A stretch of 62,438 nt of DNA, counting the filler. It is 5 parts of 5 records of this genome, joined end to end, with 100 filler letters (N's around TTAATTAATTAA, not from the genome) between each part and the next. Parts side by side here need not be neighbours in the genome. Positions count along the whole stretch, not along the records: positions 36,944 to 50,994 come from SRR31156797_5536; positions 51,095 to 56,862 come from SRR31156797_5550; positions 56,963 to 62,438 come from SRR31156797_5562; 2 more parts are not named here. The stretch is one strand, 5' to 3'. Every line of letters starts with the position of its first letter. The stretch's first letter is position 1. A program made the position numbers and the translations under genes. The notes beneath the pieces are model-generated. The model was given only the letters and a program-made list of their open reading frames with translations. It was not told the origin of the DNA and did no database searches. Below, piece after piece: positions 50,531-62,427 of this stretch.

Positions 50531-50994
50531 TTATATGGTTGGTATTCTATTAAACAGCTCTTTTTTTGAAGATACATCAAGTTTAGAATATATATGTTTA
50601 ACGTGGGTTTTAACAGTATTTAAGCTTATATTCATTTCTGATGCCATTTGATTATACGTATATTTATTGAGCAGTAGTATTAATATATCTGTTTCTCTGT
50701 TAGTTAACGAATATGATTTCGCTATCTGTTCAATGCTTTTTCTATCTTGCTCAACTGATAGATTACTCCTATACATGTTTATGCATTTATCTACTATATT
50801 ATTATAAAGTGTGGGAATCAATAAAATTCCAATAACTGCAGAGATAGAAGCAACGGCAAAGAATACTGAAATGGCACCGATATTGTCATATGAGTTGATA
50901 GTACAAGTGTAGCCGATAAATGTCGCAATAGAGTTGCTGCCTATTGAACATGTAACAAGGAGAAAAGAACGCTTATAAACAATATTAAGCATTA
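50531..50994 (-). CDS. Membrane-anchored LuxR-type HTH regulator, C-terminal fragment
   Basis: Hydrophobic segments then LTNRETDIL...ISLNTVKTHVKHIYSKLDV; runs into the gap. Confidence 0.85.
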
Positions 50995-51094
50995 NNNNNN
51001 NNNNNNNNNNNNNNNNNNNNNNNNNNNNNNNNNNNNNNTTAATTAATTAANNNNNNNNNNNNNNNNNNNNNNNNNNNNNNNNNNNNNNNNNNNN
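50995..51094. other. Artificial contig-joining spacer
   Basis: N run with TTAATTAATTAA. Confidence 0.98.
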
Positions 51095-51123
51095 TTCGTT
51101 CTTTCAAATTTCTCTTTGGCCAT
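51095..51123 (-). CDS. tuf: Elongation factor Tu, first codons only
   Basis: GGAGGA RBS then MAKEKFERT, directly downstream of fusA. Confidence 0.9.
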
Positions 51124-51157
51124 TTTATAGGTCCTCCAAAAACTTTAAATTTATTTT

Positions 51158-53230
51158 TTAGTTAGTTTTCATTATTTCTTCAGCGATGTTATTAGGTACC
51201 TGCTCATAGTGATCGAAATGCATAGAGTACGTTGCACGTCCCTGTGTGATCGATCTAAGCTGAGTCGAGTAACCAAACATCTCTTTAAGTGGAACCATAC
51301 AGTTAATAACCTGTGCTCCACCACTCACATCCATACCTTCAACCTTTCCTCTTCTAGCTGAAAGGTCACCCATAACGTCACCAGTGTAATCGTCTGGAGT
51401 AACAACTTCAACTTTCATAACAGGCTCGAGAATAACCGGACCTGCCTTCTTTGAAAGGTCTTTAAAAGCCATAGAAGCAGCGATTTTGAATGCCATCTCG
51501 TTAGAGTCAACATCGTGGTATGAACCGTCGTAAAGAACAGCTTTGAGGTCTTCAACAGGGTAACCTGCAAGACAACCGTTCTCGAGAGCTTCCTCAATAC
51601 CTTTTTCAACCGCAGGAATGTATTCTCTAGGAACAGAACCACCAACGATCTTGTTCTCGAATACAAAACCTTCGCCCGGCTCAAGCGGATGAAGCTCGAG
51701 GCAAACGTGACCGTACTGACCACGACCACCGGACTGCTTAATATATTTACCTTCACCGGATACAGTCTTAGTAATAGCCTCACGGTAAGCAACCATAGGG
51801 TTACCAACGTTAGCTTCTACTTTGAACTCTCTCTTCATTCTGTCTACGAGAATTTCGAGGTGGAGCTCACCCATACCGGAGATAATTGTCTGTCCTGTCT
51901 CCTGATCAACTTTAACTCTGAAAGACGGGTCTTCCTGAGCGAGTTTCTGGAGAGCTACGGAAAGTTTCTCCTGATCGCCTTTTGACTTTGGCTCAACAGC
52001 AACGGAAATAACCGGCTCAGGGAAAGTCATAGACTCAAGGATAATTGGCTTATCTGTATCACAAAGAGTGTCACCAGTTGTTGTGTACTTAAGACCAACA
52101 GTAGCGCAGATATCACCAGAGTAAATCTCTTTGATCTCTTCACGATTGTTGGCGTGCATCTTAATAAGACGACCGATACGCTCTTTCTTACCTTTAGTAG
52201 AGTTTACAACATAGCTACCAGCTTCAAGGCTACCTGAGTAGACACGGAAGTAAGTAAGCTGACCCATGTATGGGTCTGTCATAATTTTGAAAGCAAGAGC
52301 TGAGAATGGAGCTTCATCATCTGCTGGTCTCTCTTCTTCTGTCTCTGTATCAGGGAGTATTCCTTTGATAGCAGGTACGTCAAGAGGTGAAGGCATATAG
52401 TCAACAACAGCGTCAAGAAGAGGCTGAACACCTTTGTTCTTGAATGCTGTACCGCACATCACAGGGATGAAATCGATGTTGATAACTGCTTTTCTGATAC
52501 CATTCTTGATCTCTTCTATAGTGAGTTCCTCACCTTCGAAGTATTTCTCCATAAGCGCTTCATCAGTTTCAGCTACAGCTTCAAGAAGCGTATCTCTATA
52601 CTCCTGAGCTTTATCAACGAGGTCAGCAGGAATATCTGTAACCTCGAAAGCTGCACCAAGCTCTTCACCTGTCCACTGAATTGCTTTCATTTCAACGAGG
52701 TCAACAACGCCCTCGAACTTGTCTTCAGCACCGATAGGGAGCTGAATAGCAACAGGATTAGCACCAAGTTTCTCTTTGAGCTGGCTGATAACGTTATAGA
52801 AATCTGCACCAGTTCTGTCCATCTTGTTTACGAATGCAATCCTTGGAACTTTATATTTGTCAGCTTGTCTCCACACTGTCTCAGACTGCGGCTGTACGCC
52901 ACCAACAGCACAGAAAACTGCACACGCAGAATCGAGAACCTTAAGGGAACGCTCAACTTCAATTGTAAAGTCAACGTGTCCCGGTGTATCGATAATGTTA
53001 ATGCGGTAGTCTTTCCAGAAGCACTGAGTAGTAGCGGAAGTAATTGTAATACCTCTCTCCTGCTCCTGCTCCATCCAGTCCATTGTCGCATTACCTTCGT
53101 GTACTTCACCGATCTTATAGTTTACACCAGTGTAAAAAAGAATCCTTTCAGTTGTGGTTGTTTTACCAGCATCAATGTGAGCCATGATACCGATATTTCT
53201 CTGCATATTGAGATCTACTTTTCTAGCCAC
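51158..53230 (-). CDS. fusA: Elongation factor G
   Basis: [45 protein letters not shown] start. Confidence 0.98.
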   Translation of the reverse strand: MARKVDLNMQRNIGIMAHIDAGKTTTTERILFYTGVNYKIGEVHEGNATMDWMEQEQERGITITSATTQCFWKDYRINIIDTPGHVDFTIEVERSLKVLDSACAVFCAVGGVQPQSETVWRQADKYKVPRIAFVNKMDRTGADFYNVISQLKEKLGANPVAIQLPIGAEDKFEGVVDLVEMKAIQWTGEELGAAFEVTDIPADLVDKAQEYRDTLLEAVAETDEALMEKYFEGEELTIEEIKNGIRKAVINIDFIPVMCGTAFKNKGVQPLLDAVVDYMPSPLDVPAIKGILPDTETEEERPADDEAPFSALAFKIMTDPYMGQLTYFRVYSGSLEAGSYVVNSTKGKKERIGRLIKMHANNREEIKEIYSGDICATVGLKYTTTGDTLCDTDKPIILESMTFPEPVISVAVEPKSKGDQEKLSVALQKLAQEDPSFRVKVDQETGQTIISGMGELHLEILVDRMKREFKVEANVGNPMVAYREAITKTVSGEGKYIKQSGGRGQYGHVCLELHPLEPGEGFVFENKIVGGSVPREYIPAVEKGIEEALENGCLAGYPVEDLKAVLYDGSYHDVDSNEMAFKIAASMAFKDLSKKAGPVILEPVMKVEVVTPDDYTGDVMGDLSARRGKVEGMDVSGGAQVINCMVPLKEMFGYSTQLRSITQGRATYSMHFDHYEQVPNNIAEEIMKTN

Positions 53231-53242
53231 AAGGATCCCCCG

Positions 53243-54099
<857 letters not shown>

Positions 54100-54300
54100 C
54101 GTCCCTACCTCCTTGATATTTCTTTCACCCTTAGACAAGACGTAATTCTCCTATCTTTTAGGCGAAAGAGCAAACAATCTATCAAGCATATAGGGTAATG
54201 TCAAGGAATATATCGTTAATTGTCAGAATTAAAGTGTGGCAAGGGTTACAAAGGGAAAAGTGTAAATTTTAAAGCTTTTATACATTATATATAAAAAAAG

Positions 54301-54915
54301 CTACCTGCTCAAAGCGAGCTTAGCTCCGAATGCTATAAATATACCACCAGCGGTCTTTTTTATAGCACCTTCTGCTCTCTGATACAATGACTTAAATCTG
54401 TTTTGTGAAAATATTATCGCTACCGTGCTGTACCATATAAATGATATTACACACATAAGGCTTATACCGGCTATACCATAAATTAAAGGTGTCTCCGCAG
54501 GCATCACCGTTGCGAAGAGGCTAGTAACAAATGCTGCTGTTTTAGGGTTTGTAAGGTTGGTTAGAGCGCCAGCTTTAAAGTTATTAACATTACCCCTTCT
54601 GTTCGCTTCCATCTTCTTAGAGGTAGTTTTTTTGCTAAATATCAGCTTCATGCCAAGGTATATAAGGTAACAGCCGCCGATAAGCTTAAGAACTATAAAC
54701 AGCATAGGAGCAGTCTTGAATAAAAGGCTAATCCCCATGAACCCGCATACCGCCCATATGAGTGTCCCGAAAGTTATACCCAATACTACAAAAATTGATG
54801 AGAGGCGTGAATCATCCACGGCTGTATGTGCTGTTAGAAAGAAATTTGGTCCCGGTGTAACAACCGCCAAGCCCCAGATTGCACTTACTGTACCTAATAT
54901 GTAAATGAGCTCCAC
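54301..54915 (-). CDS. LysE/RhtB family exporter
   Basis: TPGPNF, G..YLIYLG, GALTNLTNPK. Confidence 0.9.
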   Translation of the reverse strand: MELIYILGTVSAIWGLAVVTPGPNFFLTAHTAVDDSRLSSIFVVLGITFGTLIWAVCGFMGISLLFKTAPMLFIVLKLIGGCYLIYLGMKLIFSKKTTSKKMEANRRGNVNNFKAGALTNLTNPKTAAFVTSLFATVMPAETPLIYGIAGISLMCVISFIWYSTVAIIFSQNRFKSLYQRAEGAIKKTAGGIFIAFGAKLALSR

Positions 54916-54990
54916 TCTGCACCTCTACATTATTATTTAACAAGTATTGTAGCAGAATAAATTGTAGTGATCAAATCGCAGGTAGCCCAC

Positions 54991-55026
54991 AAAAAAAGGG
55001 GAACACATCTCTGCGCTCCCCTTTAT
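54991..55026 (-). terminator. Terminator of rpoC
   Basis: Minus strand AAAGGGGAGCGCA-GAGA-TGTGTTCCCCTTTTTTT. Confidence 0.8.
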
Positions 55027-55049
55027 ATATAATGTAGTCGAAGTTTAAA

Positions 55050-56862
55050 TTAAGCTTCAGCAGTCTCTTCACCCGCAGGCTGCTCAGCAGCTCCGCCAGG
55101 TCTGAGGAAATTATATTTTGTATTACAGATGTGCTTAGAGCCTGTACCAGCTGGGATAAGTTTACCCATGATAACATTCTCTTTAAGTCCGCGAAGCTCA
55201 TCGAGCTTACCAGAGCAAGCAGCATCAGTAAGAACTCTTGTTGTCTCCTGGAAGGATGCAGCAGAGATGAAAGACTGTGTATTAAGAGCAGCCTTTGTAA
55301 TACCCTGAAGGATCGATCTACCTTGTGGAGGTCTGAGTCCTTTATCGAGTGTCTCTTTGTAAACCTTAACGAATGCAGCTTTGTAAACTTCCTCGTTAGG
55401 CATAAAGTTAGAGTCACCCGGATCTTCAACAATAACCTTTTTAAGCATCTGACGTACAATAACCTCGATGTGCTTATCGTTGATATGTACACCCTGCTTA
55501 CGGTAAACTTCCTGAATCTCATCAACGAGATACTTCTCGAGAGCTTCCTCACCAAGTACCGCAAGAATATCGTGCGGGTTGATAAGACCATCGATAAGAG
55601 CCTCACCAGCTTTCACTCTGTCGCCTTCGTGAACGTTGATGTATCTCTGAACAGAGATGTTGTAGCTCTTCTTAACGTTAGTCTCTTCGTTAGTAATAGT
55701 AAGCTTTCTGAGTCCTCTCGCTGTATTTTCGATAGTTACAGTACCGTCGATCTCAGCGATAACCGCAGGATCTTTCGGCTTTCTAGCTTCGAAAAGCTCA
55801 GCAACTCTAGGAAGACCAACAGTAATATCTTTAGTCTTCTGAGTATCTCTAGGAATCTTAGCTACGATATCACCAGGCATTATCTCGTCGTTCTCCTCAA
55901 CCATGATGTTAGCACCAACAGGGAGGATGTATCTCTGGATAGTTTTGTTGTCCTCATCCTTAATAGATACACGAGGCTGTTTCTTACCTCTTGCAGAACT
56001 ACTGATAATAACTTTCTGAGAAAGACCTGTAATTGAGTCGATATCCTCTTTAAGAGTTTCACCCTCAACGATATCACCAAAAGCTACACGTCCTTTATAC
56101 TCTGTCATGATCACAGCCGCATAAGGATCCCACTCAGCAAGGAGCTGACCCTGCTTAACTGTGTCGCCCTCTTTAGCGTGGAGTTTTGTACCGTATGCAA
56201 TATTGTATTTCTCAAGAACACGTCCATCAGGATCAGTGATCTTAAGTACACCGTTTCTGTTAAGAACAATAGGCTCGCCATATCTGTTGTCTACGATCTT
56301 CATCTCTTCAGTTTCTATCTTACCGCCTATCTTAGCGTTAAGGGATGACTGCTCAGCAGATGAGGAAGCCGCACCACCAATGTGGAAAGTTCTCATCGTA
56401 AGCTGTGTACCCGGCTCACCAATAGACTGAGCTGCGATAATACCAACAGCCTCACCAGTTTCAACCTCACGGCGTGTAGCCAGGTCGAGACCGTAGCATG
56501 AGCGGCATGCACCGTGCTTAGCTTCACAAGTAAGTACGGAACGAACCTTAACTCTGTCGATACCAGCTCTTTCGATCTTTTTAACGATCTCACCAGTGAT
56601 AAGGGAGCTCCCCTCAACGATAAGGTCGTCAGTAACTGAATCGTAGATGTCTTCAAGAGTGTAACGTCCGTAGATACGCTCACCGAGTGGCTCCACAATC
56701 TCAGAACCTTCCATAAGAGCTGTGATTTCAATACCCTTAATAGTTTCACAATCATCAATAGAGATGATAACGTCCTGAGCAACGTCAACGAGTCTTCTTG
56801 TAAGGTAACCGGAGTTCGCTGTTTTAAGAGCTGTATCCGCGAGACCTTTACGAGCACCGTGA
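55050..56862 (-). CDS. rpoC: RNA polymerase beta' subunit, C-terminal part (5' truncated)
   Basis: Open to the gap: HGARKGLADTALKTANSGYLTRR, AAQSIGEPGTQLTMRTFH, SFISAASFQETT, GLKENVI. Confidence 0.98.
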
Positions 56863-56962
56863 NNNNNNNNNNNNNNNNNNNNNNNNNNNNNNNNNNNNNN
56901 NNNNNNTTAATTAATTAANNNNNNNNNNNNNNNNNNNNNNNNNNNNNNNNNNNNNNNNNNNN
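56863..56962. other. Artificial contig-joining spacer
   Basis: N run with TTAATTAATTAA. Confidence 0.98.
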
Positions 56963-59186
56963 CTTAGCTAATATGAGTCACGAGATAAGAACTCCGATGA
57001 ATGCAATAATAGGTCTTAATAATTTACTAGATAAAACAGCACTTAAACCAAAACAACATGATTATGTAGAAAAAATTGGTAGATCAGCGAAAAATTTACT
57101 TGGAATAATAAATGATATATTAGATTTCTCAAAAATAGAAGCCGGTAAACTTGATATTGAGCATATTGACTTTAATTTAGAAGAAGTTATGGAAAACTTA
57201 TCAAATGTTATTGGGCTTAAAGCCTATAAACAAGGTTTAGAGTTTGTAATTTCAAGAAACCCTGATATTCCTGTTAATTTAGTTGGAGATCCGCTTAGAT
57301 TAAATCAAATTTTACTTAATTTAGCGAATAATGCAATTAAATTTACTGAAGATGGTGAAGTTGTAGTTAAAGCAGAGCTGGATAGTAGAACAGAAGATAG
57401 TGTAATGGTTAGATTTTCAGTAATAGATACAGGAATTGGAATGAGTGAAGAGCAGTCAAGTAAGCTCTTTAGAGCATTTAGTCAGGCCGATACATCTACT
57501 ACCAGAAAGTACGGAGGAACAGGTCTTGGATTAAGTATATCTAAGCAATTAGTTAGTATGATGCATGGTGAGATATCTGTAGAGAGTGAAGAAGGAGAAG
57601 GAAGTGTATTCACTTTTACAGCTGAATTTGAAATTAGTAAAAAAGCTAAAACAAAAAAACTGATCCCTGATAAACTAAAGCAATTAAAAGTATTAGTTGT
57701 TGATGATAATGAATCAGCAAGAATCGTACTTGATGATTATCTAAATGATTTTAATTTTGAGAGAGAGCTTGTTTCATCGGGAGATAAAGCGATCAAAGAG
57801 ATAGAGAGAGCAGTAAATAATAGTGATGAGAGTAACTATGATCTTATTCTAATGGATTGGAAGATGCCGGGCCTAAACGGAATAGAGACATGGGAAAGAA
57901 TTAAAAACTCTCTTCCAAGGAATATCCTGCCAAAAATAATTCTAGTAACTTCTCATAGTAGAGAGGATATTATGAAGCAGATAGAGGAGCAGGATATCTC
58001 TGCTGTTCTGATGAAACCTGTTGGTCAATCGATACTATATGATACGATTTTAGATGTATTCAATGTAGAGAAAGAGTTTGACGAAGATGAAGTTCAGATT
58101 CCGGAGATTGAGAGTATTAATCTTGATAATATCAGAGGAGCAAAACTTCTGTTAGTTGAGGATAATGAGATCAATCAACAAGTTGCTAAAGAAACTCTTG
58201 AAGCAGAAGGATTTGAGATAACTATCGCTGAAAACGGACTTGAAGCACTTGAAAAACTGGGTGAAGAGAATGAGTTTGAAGCGGTATTGATGGATCTGCA
58301 AATGCCGAAAATGGATGGTTATGAAGCAACTCGGGTACTTAGAAAGAGAGGAATTAAAATCCCTATAATCGCTCTAAGTGCTGATGCAATGGAAGGAACC
58401 CGTGCAAGAGTTAGTGAAGCAGGTATGGATGATTATATTACTAAACCAATTGAGATAAAAGAACTGTTTACAGCTTTGTCTAAATGGCTGGAAGTAAAAG
58501 AGAGAGAAGTAAATACTAATAAAAATAATGCTGAGCAAAATAAGGAAATTGAGACTAATATTAGTATAGAAAAAGTAAGAGATATTTTAACTGAGTTTAA
58601 AGTTGATGAGAGTATCAGCAGATTAGGCGGAAAAGTTAAATCATATCTGGAAATATTAAAAAAATTCAAAAATAATAATACTCACTCTGTAAAAGATGTG
58701 GTAGAATTCCTAAGTAATAATCATAAACATGAAGCTGAGAGACTACTTCATACACTAAAAGGTGTAGCTAGTAACATTGGTGCGACAACTCTTCAAGCCC
58801 GTGCAAGAGATGCAGAAGCGGAGCTGTTAAAGCAAGAAAATTCTGAAATAACAGAAAAACTTAATGAGAAATTTAGTCTGCTTCAAAAGAATCTGGAATT
58901 AGTATTTACTGAAATAGATGAAGTTAATAAACTTCAAAGTTCTAAATCAAGCACAGGTGGAGCTCATGAATTTGATTCAGCGAAAGTTCTGGAACTGTTA
59001 AGTCAAATGAATGAGTATCTTGATGATTATGACTCAGAAGCATCCAGAGTTTATGATGAGATTTATGAAGAAGCTGAAGGTAGCGATATCTTTGAAGATG
59101 TAAAGAAAATAGGAGAAGTTTTAGGGCAGTATGAATTTGAAGAAGCTCTAGAACTTTCACAGGAACTTATGTCAAAATTAAAATAA
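56963..59186 (+). CDS. Hybrid sensor histidine kinase (HisKA-HATPase-REC-REC-HPt), 5' truncated
   Basis: LANMSHEIRTPMN, NNAIKFT, DTGIG, GGTGLGL, two receivers (MDWKMP, MDLQMP), HTLKGVA HPt. Confidence 0.93.
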
Positions 59187-59221
59187 AAAAACTTCATAAA
59201 TTAGAAAATAAAGAAATATTA

Positions 59222-59263
59222 AACTCAGCATAAAGCTAAAATTTTATTACTTTGTGCTGAGTT
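59222..59263 (+). other. Long stem-loop just upstream of the TRIC gene RBS
   Basis: AACTCAGCATAAAG-N14-CTTTGTGCTGAGTT, 14 bp with one wobble or mismatch. Confidence 0.55.
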
Positions 59264-59277
59264 ATTATGGAGGATTA

Positions 59278-59880
59278 ATGTTAGTATTTTTTAATATTGT
59301 AGGTGTAATTGCATTTGCTATTTCAGGAGCATTAAAAGCTCTTAAGCATGAACTTGATATATTTGGTGTTTTGGTACTTGGAGGAATAACAGCTGTTGGG
59401 GGAGGTATAATCAGAGACGTTATACTTAACAGATTGCCATCAGCATTTGCCTCAGAGACAGATATCTATATAGCTATGATTTTTTCAGTAATAACTTATG
59501 TTTTAGGACAGAAAGTTGGTAACTTCTCTCGTGCAGTAAAACTGTTTGATGCAATAGGATTAGCAACTTTTGCAATAATAGGATCACAGGTAGCTCTGGC
59601 ACATGAACTGTCTGTTATGGGAACTGCCGTAATGGCTACCCTTACAGGTGTTGGCGGAGGAGTTATAAGAGATCTGTTAGTTAGAGAAACTCCTTTTGTT
59701 TTAAAAGAGGATATATATGCTACTCTTTGTTTTGTTGGTGGAATAATATATTGGAATTTAAATAAAGTAATGGATGTATCTGCTAATTTGCAATTTAACT
59801 TATTATTTATATTTATTATTTTTGCGGCGAGAATGTTAGCTGTAAAATATAAACTTAATTTACCTAGGAAATCGAATTAG
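59278..59880 (+). CDS. Trimeric intracellular cation channel / UPF0126 (YadS-like) membrane protein
   Basis: FAISGA, TAVGGGIIRD, DAIGLATF, TGVGGGVIRD internal repeat; GGAGGA RBS before ATG 59278. Confidence 0.9.
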   Translation: MLVFFNIVGVIAFAISGALKALKHELDIFGVLVLGGITAVGGGIIRDVILNRLPSAFASETDIYIAMIFSVITYVLGQKVGNFSRAVKLFDAIGLATFAIIGSQVALAHELSVMGTAVMATLTGVGGGVIRDLLVRETPFVLKEDIYATLCFVGGIIYWNLNKVMDVSANLQFNLLFIFIIFAARMLAVKYKLNLPRKSN

Positions 59881-59892
59881 GAGGGGAATGAT

Positions 59893-60909
59893 TTGGATAA
59901 AGCTACGATTTTAGTTGTTGATGATACACCTGAAAATATTGATGTGTTAGACGGGATACTAAAAGATGAGTATAGAATAAAGATCGCAACAAATGGTAAA
60001 ATGGCCCTTAAGATAGCTGAAAAGACACTACCTGATTTGATTCTTTTGGATGTCATGATGCCGGAGATGGATGGTTACGAGGTATGTGAGAGGTTAAAGA
60101 ATAATCCTCTGACACGTAGAATACCTGTAATATTTGTAACAGCCAAAGATCAGGAAAGTGATGAAAAAAAAGGATTTGAAGTGGGAGCAGTTGATTATGT
60201 AACAAAACCAATTAGCGGAGTTGTTGTAAAAGCAAGAATTAAAACACAGTTAGCTTTGTTTTACCAAAATAGAGAGTTAGAAAAAAGAGTTGATGAAAAA
60301 ACAAAAGAACTAAATGAAACAAGATTAGAGATTATAAAAAAACTAGGTCGAGCGGCTGAATATAAGGATAATGAGACAGGGATGCACGTTGAGAGAATGA
60401 GTCGTTATTGTCATATTATTGCACTTGATTTAGGATTTTCTGAAAAAGATGCGGAGTTACTGCTGAATGCAGCACCAATGCATGATGTGGGGAAAATAGG
60501 AACTCCTGATAATGTATTGCAAAAACCAGGAAAATTAGATAATGATGAGTGGAATATAATGAAACAGCATGCTAAAATAGGAGCAGAGATAATAGGAGAG
60601 CATAGTTCAGACCTACTTAAAACTGCTAAAATAGTAGCTGCTCAACATCATGAAAAATGGAATGGTAAAGGATATCCTGTAGGTTTAAAAGGAGAGGAGA
60701 TAAGTCTTCACGCTAGAATAGTAGCTGTTGCTGATGTGTTTGATGCTCTTACCAGCAAAAGACCTTATAAAGAAGCCTGGCCTGTAGAAAGAGCAATAAA
60801 TCTCATCAAAGAGGAGAGTGGCGAACACTTTGATCCTAAAATTGTAAAATCATTTATTAATCAAATATCTCAAATCATGGAGATAAAAGAAAAATATAAA
60901 GAAGAATAA
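59893..60909 (+). CDS. Response regulator with HD-GYP phosphodiesterase domain (RpfG-like)
   Basis: VVDD..LDVMMP..KP receiver; HDVGKIG, HHEKWNGKGYP, ADVFDALTS.RPYK. Confidence 0.93.
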   Translation: MDKATILVVDDTPENIDVLDGILKDEYRIKIATNGKMALKIAEKTLPDLILLDVMMPEMDGYEVCERLKNNPLTRRIPVIFVTAKDQESDEKKGFEVGAVDYVTKPISGVVVKARIKTQLALFYQNRELEKRVDEKTKELNETRLEIIKKLGRAAEYKDNETGMHVERMSRYCHIIALDLGFSEKDAELLLNAAPMHDVGKIGTPDNVLQKPGKLDNDEWNIMKQHAKIGAEIIGEHSSDLLKTAKIVAAQHHEKWNGKGYPVGLKGEEISLHARIVAVADVFDALTSKRPYKEAWPVERAINLIKEESGEHFDPKIVKSFINQISQIMEIKEKYKEE

Positions 60910-60919
60910 ATTTATATAA

Positions 60920-60956
60920 TAAAAAAATAAAGCCTGAATCTAGGCTTTATTTTTTT
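60920..60956. terminator. Bidirectional terminator
   Basis: AAAAAAATAAAGCCT-GAATCT-AGGCTTTATTTTTTT. Confidence 0.8.
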
Positions 60957-61105
60957 GCTTCTGCTTCAATAATTTTTCTAGATTCTCTTTCAAGTCTCAT
61001 TTCATAAACAATTATTTTAAGAAGATTTCTATTGCTTTGTCTATTGGGAACTTTGTTTCGTATCCTCCATAATTTTCTAAAATGAGATTTTAGTAGATTC
61101 TCCAC
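60947..61105 (-). CDS. Small basic protein of unknown function (52 aa), below the ORF-track cutoff
   Basis: GGGAG RBS, GTG start, MENLLKSHFRKLWRIRNKVPNRQSNRNLLKIIVYEMRLERESRKIIEAEAKK*, own promoter and terminator. Confidence 0.6.
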   Translation of the reverse strand: MENLLKSHFRKLWRIRNKVPNRQSNRNLLKIIVYEMRLERESRKIIEAEAKK

Positions 61106-61177
61106 AGTTAATTTCTCCCTTTCCCAACCTTAGTAACTACCCCTAACTACAAAAGTCATGTGAAAAAATGACTTTTT

Positions 61178-61232
61178 CGCAAACGTTTTCTTTTTATATG
61201 TATATGATACAATAAAAAGTGTCATAAATCAA
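61178..61232 (-). promoter_or_regulatory. Sigma70 promoter of the small gene with downstream LacI-family operator-like palindrome
   Basis: Minus strand TTGATT(61232-61227)-17 nt-TATCAT(61209-61204); AGAAAACGTTTGCG at 61191-61178. Confidence 0.6.
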
Positions 61233-61247
61233 GAATGAAATATAAAA

Positions 61248-61287
61248 AAAGAAAAGAAGTGACAAGATATCGTCACTTCTTTTCTTT
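61248..61287 (-). terminator. Terminator of the LacI gene
   Basis: AAAGAAAAGAAGTGAC-N8-GTCACTTCTTTTCTTT, T-run on the minus strand. Confidence 0.8.
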
Positions 61288-62290
61288 AGTTTTCGTCTAT
61301 ATCACGTACACTTTCTCTTATTTTGATATTATAAGAGATAACAATCCGTTTGTTCATTGAGTTCTTATTATGAATTTTTTCTAATATAAGTTTTCCTGCA
61401 CATGCACCGGAGAAAGTATAATCAAAATGTATTGTTGTAAGTCTTGGAATATATAGGTTGGAGATCTCCATATCATCTATTCCAGCTACAGAAATATCCT
61501 CAGGGATTCTTAAGCCGTAGTCAGCGATACAACGCATTGCCCCAAATGACATTCCATCCAGAACAGAGAAAACTGCTGTAGGTCTCTCTTCAAGTTTTAG
61601 AAGCTTTTCCATAGCACTATATCCGGAGATCATCTCAAAGCTTCCTGTGGTTATATAGTCCTCATTTACTTCGATTCCATTCTCTGTTAGTGCATCACTA
61701 TAGCCGTCTTTTCTCAAATTTTGAACTGAGATTCCATCTTCCAGTCCTATATAGGCTATTTTTTTATGTCCTTTTTTAACTAAATGTTCCACAATCTCTT
61801 TTGAAGAGTAATAATCATCATATGTAACATAAGATGCCTTAAGTCTGGTAACCTCTCTACCCATAATAACAAGAGGTATATCTACATTATTTAAAAATTC
61901 AATATGCTCTTCGGTGATTTTGTATGGAAAGAATATAATTCCATCAACCTGTTTTTTCATGAATATGTCAAAATAATTAAACTCTTGTTCCATCTCCTCT
62001 TTTGAGTTTGCTAATATAATATTATATCCTTCTTTTTTTAATTCAGTAGTAATTCCCTCTATTATTTTAGAAAATACATCTATTCCGATACGTGGAAGGA
62101 TTATACCTATTAGTTTAGTTTGTTTAGTAGCTAATTCTTGTGCTAGCAGGTTTGGAGTGTAGCCTGTTTCTTTCAGTATTTTATCAACTTTCTCACGAAG
62201 AGCAGGACTGACATTTTGTGAGTTGTTTATAACTCTGGAAACAGTTGCTTTCGATACTCCAGCCAGTTTAGCGATCTCTTTCATTGTCAT
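61286..62290 (-). CDS. LacI family transcriptional regulator (ScrR/TreR-like)
   Basis: MKEIAKLAGVSKATVSRVIN...YTPNLLAQ; QVDGII; IPEDISVAGIDD; PRLTTI. Confidence 0.95.
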   Translation of the reverse strand: MTMKEIAKLAGVSKATVSRVINNSQNVSPALREKVDKILKETGYTPNLLAQELATKQTKLIGIILPRIGIDVFSKIIEGITTELKKEGYNIILANSKEEMEQEFNYFDIFMKKQVDGIIFFPYKITEEHIEFLNNVDIPLVIMGREVTRLKASYVTYDDYYSSKEIVEHLVKKGHKKIAYIGLEDGISVQNLRKDGYSDALTENGIEVNEDYITTGSFEMISGYSAMEKLLKLEERPTAVFSVLDGMSFGAMRCIADYGLRIPEDISVAGIDDMEISNLYIPRLTTIHFDYTFSGACAGKLILEKIHNKNSMNKRIVISYNIKIRESVRDIDEN

Positions 62291-62398
62291 TTACTATTAC
62301 CGCCTTTATATGAACTTTACATATTAAGTATATTATATGTTATTTTGATTGTAAATAGAACAAAATTAAAAAAAATTAAAATAAGCCTAAAAAAGTGT

Positions 62399-62427
62399 TT
62401 GACAAACCACAAAAAAGGTTATATAAT
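62399..62427 (+). promoter_or_regulatory. Consensus sigma70 promoter divergent from LacI, pointing out of the window
   Basis: TTGACA-17 nt-TATAAT. Confidence 0.8.

Noticed and set aside
54971-55606. Alternative-frame ORFs within rpoC and fusA (also 56393-56857, 51415-51807)
   Set aside because: Off-frame by-products rich in Leu/Ser/Arg; the main frames are intact, so there is no evidence of frameshifting
55131-56036. 301-aa plus-strand ORF antisense to rpoC
   Set aside because: Shadow of the strongly biased codon usage of a highly expressed gene; no motifs or RBS
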